NCBI GenBank assembly: GCA_051746725.1
Contig: JBNJFI010000026.1
Span: forward strand, 1-24,058
From: Fusobacteriota bacterium
Lineage (GTDB): Bacteria; Fusobacteriota; Fusobacteriia; Fusobacteriales; JBNJFI01
Length of the DNA: 24,058 nucleotides
Direction of reading: 5' to 3'
Part shown: positions 1-8,170 of the stretch, in pieces
Numbering within the stretch: the stretch's first letter is position 1
How the letters are laid out: each line of letters starts with the position of its first letter
The notes under the pieces: model-generated
Told to the model about the DNA's origin: nothing
Databases searched by the model: none
What the model saw: the letters and a program-made list of their open reading frames with translations, nothing else
Made by a program: the position numbers and the translations under genes

Positions 1-77
1 TAATATATTCACTTCTAATATATAAGGTTCAGGCCTTTATTTTATTGGGTTTTTACAAAATTTTTACAATTATATGA

Positions 78-106
78 TTGACAATGTTAATAAATTAGTA
101 TATTCT
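78..106 (+). promoter_or_regulatory. sigma70-type promoter (TTGACA-17-TATTCT)
   Basis: TTGACA at 78-83, 17-bp spacer, TATTCT at 101-106; a short TTAG..CTAA palindrome overlaps the -10 box. Confidence 0.65.
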
Positions 107-129
107 AACTATGTGATAATTTTTATTAG

Positions 130-383
130 TAGGTAGTTGCAAAACTAAAAAGATAAAATATCAAGTTTTCCACAGATTTATTAATGGAATTAGCTTAGGG
201 TAACGCGGGCGAAGGCCCTTCGCCCTTACGATTCAAGTTACATAGGAATAAGATATAAGTATTTTTGTAAGGGAAAATGGCGTTTGCCCGAGTGCGAGCA
301 GTATATGAAAATGGAGGAAATCCATAATTATTAGGTCTCATATATCAAATAAAATAAGTGGATTAGAATTTTGCAACTAGCTA
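130..383. mobile_element. MITE-like non-autonomous element with terminal inverted repeats and internal REP-like doublet
   Basis: Left end TAGGTAGTTGCAAAACT (130-146) vs reverse complement of right end (367-383) TAGCTAGTTGCAAAATT: 15/17 identical; no long ORF inside; GC-rich palindromic core. Confidence 0.65.
206..290. repeat. REP-doublet (REPIN-like) element, copy 1
   Basis: 24-bp arms CGGGCGAAGGCCCTTCGCCCTTAC (206-229) and GTAAGGGAAAATGGCGTTTGCCCG (267-290) are inverted copies (19/24), each internally palindromic; 37-bp spacer; homologous to 8028-8105. Confidence 0.75.
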
Positions 384-413
384 TATTTTTTTTAGAATAG
401 GGAGGAGATAACT

Positions 414-596
414 GTGGATGAAAAACTAGAGTATAACGGATATTTAATTTTAAATTTACCAAAAAAGGTGGGATTGCAAATAGAAAATATACGTAAGAAA
501 TATGATAAAGTTACTTCAAAATTACCAGTGAAGATAACAGTGATTGGATCTTCTGGAGTTGGTCCGATCAAAAAAGACAGAAATTATCTGACATAA
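414..596 (+). pseudogene. Truncated gene, N-terminal fragment resembling 2'-5' RNA ligase (2H phosphoesterase) family proteins
   Basis: GGAGG RBS ahead of GTG; YLILNLP...IRKKYD...LPVKITVIGSSGVG resembles the N-terminus of this family as recalled; only 60 aa and ends directly in a terminator. Confidence 0.5.
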
Positions 597-621
597 AAAG
601 GGCAGTAATACTGCCCTTTTT
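595..621. terminator. Bidirectional rho-independent terminator
   Basis: AAAAAGGGCAG-TAATA-CTGCCCTTTTT between convergent genes. Confidence 0.85.
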
Positions 622-623
622 GC

Positions 624-1637
624 TCAAAACGAATATTTGACCTCGGAAAAGATATTACCATTAGCAGCTTGATCATCTGGGATCCCCCATAATTTATCTT
701 GTGATAAAAAGAAAAAAGACCCTAACTTAATATCCAATGCAGATCCAATTTGGTTTGAATATTCTAATCCCATTATACTACTTATATCTTCGGATATATC
801 AGTAATAGAAAGGATTCTTACATTGGAGAAGTCATCTATATTATATGATAATATACCAGCGATGACATCTTCACCAACCTTTTTTGCCTCGCCAACATAC
901 TCGCTTAATATTCCTTGGAAAAAGCCAGTGTTATCCTTTAAATATTCTCCTTGTATGCTTAATTTATTTAAATCACTGACCATAAAACTATAATCCATTC
1001 CAAGAACTAAGTTATAATCAGATTTATCTAAGTTATATCCATAACTACCATAGACACCAATATTTTTCAAGTCTCCTTTGCCAGAAAAACCAAATCTTGT
1101 CTCTTCAGAATTGGTATTAGTTATAATATTTCCAGTTATATCATACCCTTTAATAAGTTTTCGACCTCGTATTCCAAGTTTTGGTTTATAATTTTCATCA
1201 GAAACAACTAAAGTTATACTATCTGACCATCCAATGGGGTAATAAAATTTAAATGCATCTATATTTTTACTAGAAGTTTCTTCTTCCATGGATTCAGCTC
1301 CTAAAGTATAATCGATGGGATTTAGTAATGATCCAAACCCCCATGATACTGGTTGTCTTCCCATGGAAATATCATATTTAGGAAAATGATTTTCTAGATA
1401 CATCTTTTTTATAAAAAAATTATCATCTGATGGTAGCTCTAACTGTAGGTTACCTTCTGAATCTCCCTTAATGGGAAGAAAAAGTTCGATTTCTGCTGAT
1501 TCTCTCATAATAAATTGATTATTATTTTTCATAAGTTTTCCAGTAGAATTAACCTTTAAATCTCCACCTATTTCTATTTGACTGATTGACAGTGTTGAGC
1601 AAAAAAGGTAAATTAAGATAAATATCTTATTTCTCAT
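624..1637 (-). CDS. Secreted protein, probable outer-membrane beta-barrel associated with the ABC/LolA-like operon
   Basis: 337 aa; signal peptide; GRQPVSWG motif; alternating hydrophobic strands; C-terminal ...EVKYSF; RBS AGGAGG. Confidence 0.7.
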   Translation of the reverse strand: MRNKIFILIYLFCSTLSISQIEIGGDLKVNSTGKLMKNNNQFIMRESAEIELFLPIKGDSEGNLQLELPSDDNFFIKKMYLENHFPKYDISMGRQPVSWGFGSLLNPIDYTLGAESMEEETSSKNIDAFKFYYPIGWSDSITLVVSDENYKPKLGIRGRKLIKGYDITGNIITNTNSEETRFGFSGKGDLKNIGVYGSYGYNLDKSDYNLVLGMDYSFMVSDLNKLSIQGEYLKDNTGFFQGILSEYVGEAKKVGEDVIAGILSYNIDDFSNVRILSITDISEDISSIMGLEYSNQIGSALDIKLGSFFFLSQDKLWGIPDDQAANGNIFSEVKYSF

Positions 1638-1646
1638 GATAGCCTC

Positions 1647-2375
1647 CTATCTCTTTAGGTTTCTTAAACTAAATGTTGAATCAGGAATATCTACATTAAA
1701 TTTAACGGATTCTAATATGTATTCAGTATTTGTATTCTTTTTTAATTTATTATCAATAATGGTATGTGTCCCAAACCATCGGCCTTCAATATTTTCCACT
1801 TTTTTGATATCCATAACTTTTAATAATTTTCCACTTTGAGCATAGAGTTCTTCTTTTAAAAGAACAGACCTGTCTTTGTCGACCCAACTAACTCGTCTAT
1901 AATAGGACGCATCACTATCATCTTTTTTGATACCCTCTATTACATAACACATTCTTTCTTTATATTTTTCTTCTTTTTTGAGTTCAAAGTTATATAGATC
2001 TGTTAATTTATTTGATTCCATCATATCCTTATATGAAAAGTCACTTCCCATCATCCCTTGTTCCAGCATATGACCAGATATTTTAACAATATCTTCGGCG
2101 TCAGGAAAGAACATCCATAGATCTTCCCCACGCTTTAAAAATTTACTTCCTCGATCTCTGGGATTTGTAAATTCGGTTAGTCCCAGTTCACTTCCTTTTA
2201 TTAAACTTTTCATTTCTTTTGTCATTTTTCTTCTGCCTTGTTGAATTATCATTTTAGATTCTACCTTTGCAGATTTTAGATGTCTATATTCATCGACATT
2301 ATCCATTATTTCTTCCACAGTGATACCAAAGGTGATACTTCCAATTAAATAAATTACTAAAAATAATCTTTTCAT
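1647..2375 (-). CDS. Outer membrane lipoprotein-sorting (LolA-like) protein
   Basis: 242 aa; signal peptide; motifs FTNPRDRGSKFL, LWMFFP, MMGSDFSYKD, Y..SGKLLK typical of the LolA_like family. Confidence 0.85.
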   Translation of the reverse strand: MKRLFLVIYLIGSITFGITVEEIMDNVDEYRHLKSAKVESKMIIQQGRRKMTKEMKSLIKGSELGLTEFTNPRDRGSKFLKRGEDLWMFFPDAEDIVKISGHMLEQGMMGSDFSYKDMMESNKLTDLYNFELKKEEKYKERMCYVIEGIKKDDSDASYYRRVSWVDKDRSVLLKEELYAQSGKLLKVMDIKKVENIEGRWFGTHTIIDNKLKKNTNTEYILESVKFNVDIPDSTFSLRNLKR

Positions 2376-2390
2376 TTTAGCCTCCTTTTT

Positions 2391-3650
2391 TTATTCATAT
2401 CTAAGTGCATCATTTGGATTTAGTTTAGCTGCTTTACGTGCTGGAATTATAGCTGTAATACCTGTTACAATGACTCCCATTATAAAGGAAAATATTATTT
2501 GAGAAACTCCAAAGGATGGATATATAACTAGTTCCATAAGTATATCAGGATCCATATCTTGCATTACTTCAGAATAATCAATTCCGACTACAGATACATA
2601 TTTTAAAAGTGATCCTCCAAATAAAATTCCTATGGCGCTTCCAAAAACTCCCAACATAAAACCTTCTGTTAAGAATATTTTCAATACATCCCTTGATCTA
2701 AAACCCATAGCTGTGAGCATACCAATTTCTCGAGTTCTTTCTTTTACAATCATAATCATGGTATTTACCATAACAATAGATGCTAAGAGTATAACAAAAA
2801 TATAAAGAATATTATATATTTTCTCTCCTGTTTCCATATATTCTAAAAAGGGATTACCGTATTTCCAATGTAATAACTTATATCTATCATTAGAATCATT
2901 TTCTTCAAAAGTTTCTTGAATTTTGTTATAGGTAAGGTCCATATTTCTATAATCTTCTGTAATAACTAAAAGTTCTGTTGACATATTAGGCATTTCTAAA
3001 ATATCCTGAGCTATATCTAGAGGTAAGAAAAAGCTCATTTCATTTAAAAGTTTTAAACTGGATCCTATTTCTCCTACTATTTCGAAAGTAGAACCTTTAA
3101 AAGATCCCCAAGAAGTGGAATATACAATAGTAACAGAATCTCCAACTTTTTTGCCCATCTTATCTAAAAGTTTACTTCCCACCATAATCTCTTTTTTGTT
3201 TTCTTGGATAACTCTTCCTTTGTCTATATTATCTTTGATCTCAGTAAATTTTATATCTTTTTTGACATCTATTCCCCATCCCATCATCTGTACAAGTTTA
3301 TCGCCTGTACTGACAGCAGCCCCAAACTTTATTCGAGGAAGAGTGGATTGTACTCCTTCAATATCTTCGATTTTTTTGGCCATTTTATTAACTCCTTCGC
3401 CGTTAAAACCATCGATAGGATAAGAAAGAGATAGAAGTCGTTCTTTTTTTTCATAAATTTCATCTATAATTCGGACATGACCTGAATTATATTTGATATT
3501 TAGATCCACCATAGAATCTAACATTCCATCCATCATTCCTTTTAAATTTATAACAATAAGGATAGAAAGAGCTATGGCTCCTACAGAGATTAGAGTTCTT
3601 ATTTTATTTCTAAATAGATTTTTTGTTGCTAATGTTATATAAAAAAACAT
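2391..3650 (-). CDS. ABC transporter permease, FtsX/MacB/LolC-E-like
   Basis: 419 aa; KNLFRNKIRT N-terminus, large periplasmic domain, ERTREIGMLTAMG motif, PARKAAKLNP..AL C-terminus. Confidence 0.9.
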   Translation of the reverse strand: MFFYITLATKNLFRNKIRTLISVGAIALSILIVINLKGMMDGMLDSMVDLNIKYNSGHVRIIDEIYEKKERLLSLSYPIDGFNGEGVNKMAKKIEDIEGVQSTLPRIKFGAAVSTGDKLVQMMGWGIDVKKDIKFTEIKDNIDKGRVIQENKKEIMVGSKLLDKMGKKVGDSVTIVYSTSWGSFKGSTFEIVGEIGSSLKLLNEMSFFLPLDIAQDILEMPNMSTELLVITEDYRNMDLTYNKIQETFEENDSNDRYKLLHWKYGNPFLEYMETGEKIYNILYIFVILLASIVMVNTMIMIVKERTREIGMLTAMGFRSRDVLKIFLTEGFMLGVFGSAIGILFGGSLLKYVSVVGIDYSEVMQDMDPDILMELVIYPSFGVSQIIFSFIMGVIVTGITAIIPARKAAKLNPNDALRYE

Positions 3651-3659
3651 AATTGCCTC

Positions 3660-4895
3660 CTATATAGGTCGATTTTCTAATGTTTCAACTGGGTCTTTTT
3701 TGGCAGCCCAATTGGCAGGAAAATAGCTAGCTATTACGGAAATTAGTATTCCCCCTAAAAATATCCATAAGAAGTGATTGGGAATCCAAACTCCATACAT
3801 TACATTCATTATAGGAACTCCCCATTCATCGCCGGTGATTCCAATATCTATCCCTTTTTCAACACAGTAATAGACAGCAGGTATCCCCAAAATAACTCCT
3901 ATTATTCCACCAATAACTCCAATTCCAGCAGCTTCAATCATAAAAACTTTCATTATTTCACTTTTCTTAAATCCTAAAGCCTTCATCATACCTATTTCTT
4001 TGGTTCTTTCTAGAGATGAAAGAAAAATAGTATTGACAACTCCTATAGAAGCAAGTGCTAAAAAAAGAATCATCATTATTGCTGTTTCAATATTTTGCTG
4101 CTTTATCATATTGGCAACAGATTTTCCCAGATCTTCCCAGGTAAAGATACCTAAACTTTTATCGGTAATATTTTCATTTAATTTACTTTTTACAATAGGT
4201 ACTTCTTCTTTTTGACCATTGATTCGAATAACAATGCTAGTGATTTGGTTATCAGCATTTAAGGAATTTTGTAGAGTATTCAAAGGCATGTAAACATAAC
4301 TATTATTTATATTTGGATTAGGAGTATTTAAAAAACCGGAAATTCTTGCATCTATAGTATTAAATGCACCATCAGTAGTTTTGAATATAAAAGTAGGATA
4401 ATCTCCAATTTCAAGATCCATCAAATCAGCTAAAGGTTTTCCTATTATGATCTCTTTTTTGCCTTGGGTTATATATTCCCCCTTGCCAATATAGTTATTT
4501 AAATCAAATATAAGCTTTGAACTTTTTACATCGATTCCATGAAGAAAGACTGGAATCTCATCAATTCCGTTATTTAAATTTGCTGAAAATTTTATTTGTG
4601 GCATATAACCTTTAATTTCATTTATTGAGTTAATGGAGTTTTCTAGATTTTTATCCCATGAAACCATATGATCTAATTTCATTTCGTCTCTATTATTCCA
4701 ATGCTCAGTATCCATTATCTGTATATGACCAGTTTCTAAATCTATTAGATTGTCAAAGGACATTTTGGCTATTCCTCCTACTAAAGAATAAGAGAAGAGA
4801 TATAAAACAATTCCAACAGATAAAATCATAGCTGTCAAAACAACTCTACGTTTATGCCTTGTTAAATTTTTAAGAGCTAATTTAGTAAGTAACAT
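3660..4895 (-). CDS. ABC transporter permease, FtsX/MacB/LolC-E-like
   Basis: 411 aa; KNLTRHKRR, ERTKEIGMMKALG, PANWAAKKDPVETL. Confidence 0.9.
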   Translation of the reverse strand: MLLTKLALKNLTRHKRRVVLTAMILSVGIVLYLFSYSLVGGIAKMSFDNLIDLETGHIQIMDTEHWNNRDEMKLDHMVSWDKNLENSINSINEIKGYMPQIKFSANLNNGIDEIPVFLHGIDVKSSKLIFDLNNYIGKGEYITQGKKEIIIGKPLADLMDLEIGDYPTFIFKTTDGAFNTIDARISGFLNTPNPNINNSYVYMPLNTLQNSLNADNQITSIVIRINGQKEEVPIVKSKLNENITDKSLGIFTWEDLGKSVANMIKQQNIETAIMMILFLALASIGVVNTIFLSSLERTKEIGMMKALGFKKSEIMKVFMIEAAGIGVIGGIIGVILGIPAVYYCVEKGIDIGITGDEWGVPIMNVMYGVWIPNHFLWIFLGGILISVIASYFPANWAAKKDPVETLENRPI

Positions 4896-4906
4896 AGAAA
4901 TCCCTC

Positions 4907-5596
4907 CTAATTATTTTCTTTATCATCTGTGATTTTTCCATCTTTTATAGTAAGTAACCTTCGTGCATAATTCATTACTTGGGGATCATGGGTAGAAAAT
5001 AAAAATGTAGTATGATATTTTTCATTCATTTTTTTCATGACTTCTAAAACATCTTCGCTGGTTTCAGAGTCTAGATTTGCTGTGGGTTCATCTGCTAAGA
5101 CTAATTTTGGTTTTTTCACCAAAGCACGAGCTATAGAAACTCTTTGTTTTTGACCTCCAGAAAGTTCATTTGGTTTTCGATTGATATAGTCTTTTAAACC
5201 AACAGATTCTAAAATATCTAAAGTACGTTCCTTAATTTCTTTTTTGGAAATCCCTTCGATAAGCCTTAATGCTATTTCAACATTTTCAAATGCAGTAAAA
5301 ACCGGAATTAAATTATAACTTTGAAATATAAAACCCAGATTATGCCTCCTTAACATTGCTAATTCATCTTTATCAAGATTTTCAATCTCTGTACCATCAA
5401 AATAAAGAGATCCTTCGGTAGGTTTGTCTAAACATCCTATCATGTTTAATAGAGTTGTTTTTCCAGAACCTGATGGACCTGCAATAGAAGAGAATTCTCC
5501 TTTTTCAAAGGTTAAATCGATACCTCTAAGTGCTGGGACTTCAATTTTTCCTTGGTTATAGATTTTTTTAACACCTTTCATTTTAACTAATGCCAT
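4907..5596 (-). CDS. ABC transporter ATP-binding protein (LolD/MacB-like)
   Basis: Walker A GPSGSGKTT, signature LSGGQKQRV, Walker B VLADEPTANLD, STHD. Confidence 0.95.
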   Translation of the reverse strand: MALVKMKGVKKIYNQGKIEVPALRGIDLTFEKGEFSSIAGPSGSGKTTLLNMIGCLDKPTEGSLYFDGTEIENLDKDELAMLRRHNLGFIFQSYNLIPVFTAFENVEIALRLIEGISKKEIKERTLDILESVGLKDYINRKPNELSGGQKQRVSIARALVKKPKLVLADEPTANLDSETSEDVLEVMKKMNEKYHTTFLFSTHDPQVMNYARRLLTIKDGKITDDKENN

Positions 5597-5606
5597 TTTA
5601 AACCTC

Positions 5607-6215
5607 CTATTTTTTCAATCCATTTTTTAAGATATACAACATGTCATCTACAAATTTCATATCACTCATATCTATTTTTCCATCTTCATAAAAAAGTTCC
5701 GTGACTAAATTATTTATCTTAATGATCATCTTAGTTGCCATATTGATATCTATATTTTTATCTAATTCTCCTTTTGTAATACCATTAGTGATAAGATCTT
5801 TAAAAAAGTTTTCTGTCTGCTCTTTATTTTCTTCTAAGATATCTTCATATAGGGAGTGGTCTCCTTTCATGAATCTAGCACCTAATCTTTCTAATTTTGG
5901 ATTTTCTTGAACAAACTTTATAGCACATATATATAGTTTTCTCAGTAGTTCAAAAAAGTCATATTCATCTTTTTTGTCTAGAATAGGTTTCATGTGTTCT
6001 AATTTTTTATCTCCTAGTATATTTAAAAGGTAAAAGAAAAGGTCCTTTTTATCTTCAAAATATTGATAGAAACTTCCACTTGCAATTCCAGATCGCTTAA
6101 TAATTTTAGTTATTCCTACTTCAGAATAATTTTTTTTAGAAAATTCATCTAAAGCTACATCTAAGATTCGTTGCCGTTTATCTTTGTCGATATTAAAAAA
6201 AGTTTCCTTCGGCAT
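5607..6215 (-). CDS. TetR/AcrR family transcriptional regulator
   Basis: MPKETFFN...EFS...IIKRSGIASGSFYQYFEDKKDLF HTH; RBS AGGAGG. Confidence 0.95.
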   Translation of the reverse strand: MPKETFFNIDKDKRQRILDVALDEFSKKNYSEVGITKIIKRSGIASGSFYQYFEDKKDLFFYLLNILGDKKLEHMKPILDKKDEYDFFELLRKLYICAIKFVQENPKLERLGARFMKGDHSLYEDILEENKEQTENFFKDLITNGITKGELDKNIDINMATKMIIKINNLVTELFYEDGKIDMSDMKFVDDMLYILKNGLKK

Positions 6216-6236
6216 GGGTGAGCCTCCTTTCTGGAA

Positions 6237-6268
6237 GTGAATTCATATTCATGTGAATCTACATTCAT
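6237..6268. promoter_or_regulatory. Two tandem 16-bp palindromic operators (TGAAT-N4-ATTCA), probable TetR sites
   Basis: GTGAATTCATATTCAT (6237-6252) and GTGAATCTACATTCAT (6253-6268), immediately downstream of the -10 box. Confidence 0.75.
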
Positions 6269-6297
6269 AGTATACTCTATAAAATTGTGAATGTCAA
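6269..6297 (-). promoter_or_regulatory. sigma70 promoter of the tetR-ABC operon (TTGACA-17-TATACT)
   Basis: Minus strand: TTGACA at 6297-6292, 17-bp spacer, TATACT at 6274-6269. Confidence 0.85.
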
Positions 6298-6414
6298 TAA
6301 AAATTTATAATAAATTGAACTTCGTAATATTTTTAATTTTTTGCATCTAATTATCAACTTTATTCCCTTATAATAAAATTTTTTTAAATATCTGTTTAAA
6401 AAATCAAGAATAAT

Positions 6415-6423
6415 TGTTATAAT
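6415..6423 (+). promoter_or_regulatory. Extended -10 element (TGnTATAAT) for the DUF116-like gene
   Basis: TGTTATAAT about 40 bp before the ATG at 6462, with AGGAG RBS. Confidence 0.5.
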
Positions 6424-6461
6424 ATTAGTAGAGAAAAAAAGAATAAAAAAAAGGAGAGCAG

Positions 6462-7599
6462 ATGGATAGATATGTATATAATTTAAATGAGAATGGATCT
6501 GCAGGTAATTTTTATGAAAGATTATCTGTTTTTAAAGATGAATTTTCAAAAAAGATGGATAATTTAGATATATTAAATCAAATAAAAAATTTTGATAAAA
6601 AAACAAAAAAGGATAAACGGCAATATTTTTTAGAGTATCTGATGATAGGGGTTTTGTGGAAGAGTTATATTCAAAAAAGTATATCGCTTTCTCAAAAAAG
6701 GTATAAGATTTTAAATGGATTATATAAATTAAGAAAGTCTCATAAGAATCTCAAAAAAGGGATTGATATAATAAGAGGTTTTTTAGCAAGTATATTTTTA
6801 GATAGAGAGGTCAAAAAAGAGGTATCATATAAGAGAGAAAATTTTAATAATTTACTAAAATGGTTAAAGGCTACAGGGGAGTATGATCAAGAAACTAAAA
6901 GATTAGAAATCTGGAAAAAATATTTTGAAAATATAGATGATGAAGAAGTAAAAATAAAATTAAAAGAATCTGTAATTTTAGCAGATGAATTTGACAAAAA
7001 AGCAAAATCGAATTTAAAGACTTATGTTAGTGGTGTTTCTGAATTCTTAGATAATAATCATAAGGATTATAGATGGAAAGAGGATTACTTTTTTTGTAGG
7101 CAAAAAAGAGATAGAGTATTATTTTAATATGTTGGCAGCTGATATATTAAATGATATATTTTTAGAAAGATTTCAAAATACAGAAAGAAAAGTAGTTTTA
7201 TTGCCCACATGTATGAGAAAATTAGGGCCTAAAGAATGTAAATCTCTAAAATCAGGGAATCATTTGAAATGTCAGATTTGTAATTTGCAATGTAATGTTG
7301 GAAAGATAACAAAACTTGGTAATGAGGTTGGTTTTGATACTTTCATGGTGCTACATTCATCTAACTTTTTTGAACTTATAAAAAAATGGAGAGATCAAGA
7401 TGAGGTAGGAGTTGTGGGAGTTGCCTGTGTGTTGAATTTATTGAAAGGTGGATATGAGATGGAGGCTTTAAATATTCCTTCTCAATGTGTATTTTTAAAT
7501 TATCCAGGGTGTAAAAAGCATTGGGAAAAATATGAGAGACCCACAGAATTGGATTGCGTCATATTAGAGGAAAGATTAGAAATCAAAAAAAGTGAATAA
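6462..7599 (+). pseudogene. DUF116-domain protein split by a +1 frameshift (ORFs 6462-7127 and 7129-7599); may be a sequencing error
   Basis: Second ORF has LLPTCMR, C..C...C.VG, VLHSS, GVACVLNL..GG, P.QCV.L...GC..HW; removing one base near 7089-7098 joins the ORFs (…DYFF[C/V]GKKEIEYYFNMLAA…). Confidence 0.75.
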
Positions 7600-7610
7600 A
7601 TAATAATATT

Positions 7611-7648
7611 AGAGTGACTGCTTTTCAAAAAAGTGGTTGCTTTTTTTT
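7611..7648 (+). terminator. Rho-independent terminator
   Basis: AGAGTGACTGCTTTT-CA-AAAAGTGGTTGCTTT stem with G:U pairs, followed by a T-tract, after the stop at 7599. Confidence 0.65.
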
Positions 7649-7809
7649 ATAGAAAATTAAATTTCAAAACCAATAGATAGGATAAGAAAAAAGTTAATAA
7701 ATAATTAAAACAATGATGTAATTTTTAATAATTTATATGATTTGATCACCTTAATACTGTACTAACCCTTGTGATTATTGCCGTTAACATTATCTTTACA
7801 ATTCTTGGC

Positions 7810-7838
7810 TTGTGTTTTTTTTGGCTATGATGTATAAT
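7810..7838 (+). promoter_or_regulatory. Putative sigma70 promoter (TTGTGT-17-TATAAT)
   Basis: TTGTGT 7810-7815, TATAAT 7833-7838. Confidence 0.45.
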
Positions 7839-8027
7839 AATCTAGCAGGTGTATCATTTTAGCAACACACACCTTCTAACAATTGATACAACAAGAAACA
7901 ATATGGCAAGCTAAAAAAGAAAGGGAAATAAATTTTCCTTTATTATAGGCTATGTTGTAATATGATACGCAGGTTATAAGAACGAAACTAAAAAGGAAGA
8001 CTGGATAACAAAAATTATATTGATAAT

Positions 8028-8105
8028 CCGGGTGCCCTTACGGTCAAAAGTCATATAGGAATAAGGATCTGCGTGTTTCTATAAGGGCAAAGGTTATTTT
8101 CCCGG
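8028..8105. repeat. REP-doublet (REPIN-like) element, copy 2 (degenerate)
   Basis: GCCCTTACG..ATAGGAATAAG..TAAGGGCAAA..TTTTCCCG aligns colinearly with 222-290; left arm internally shortened. Confidence 0.7.
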
Positions 8106-8170
8106 GCGTCAATATAAATTTAAATAGTAATTTTAATGATTGTGATGTAGTTTTTTGAGAGGAGAAGGTA

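Noticed and set aside
130..383. CRISPR array, tRNA or known riboswitch
   Set aside because: No regularly spaced direct repeats, no cloverleaf, and no riboswitch consensus that I recognise; the inverted-repeat structure fits a mobile repeat better
1636..5910. Short plus-strand ORFs (1636-1839, 3115-3423, 3204-3434, 3774-3977, 4000-4215, 5701-5910)
   Set aside because: Antisense shadows of well-supported minus-strand genes, with no recognisable motifs
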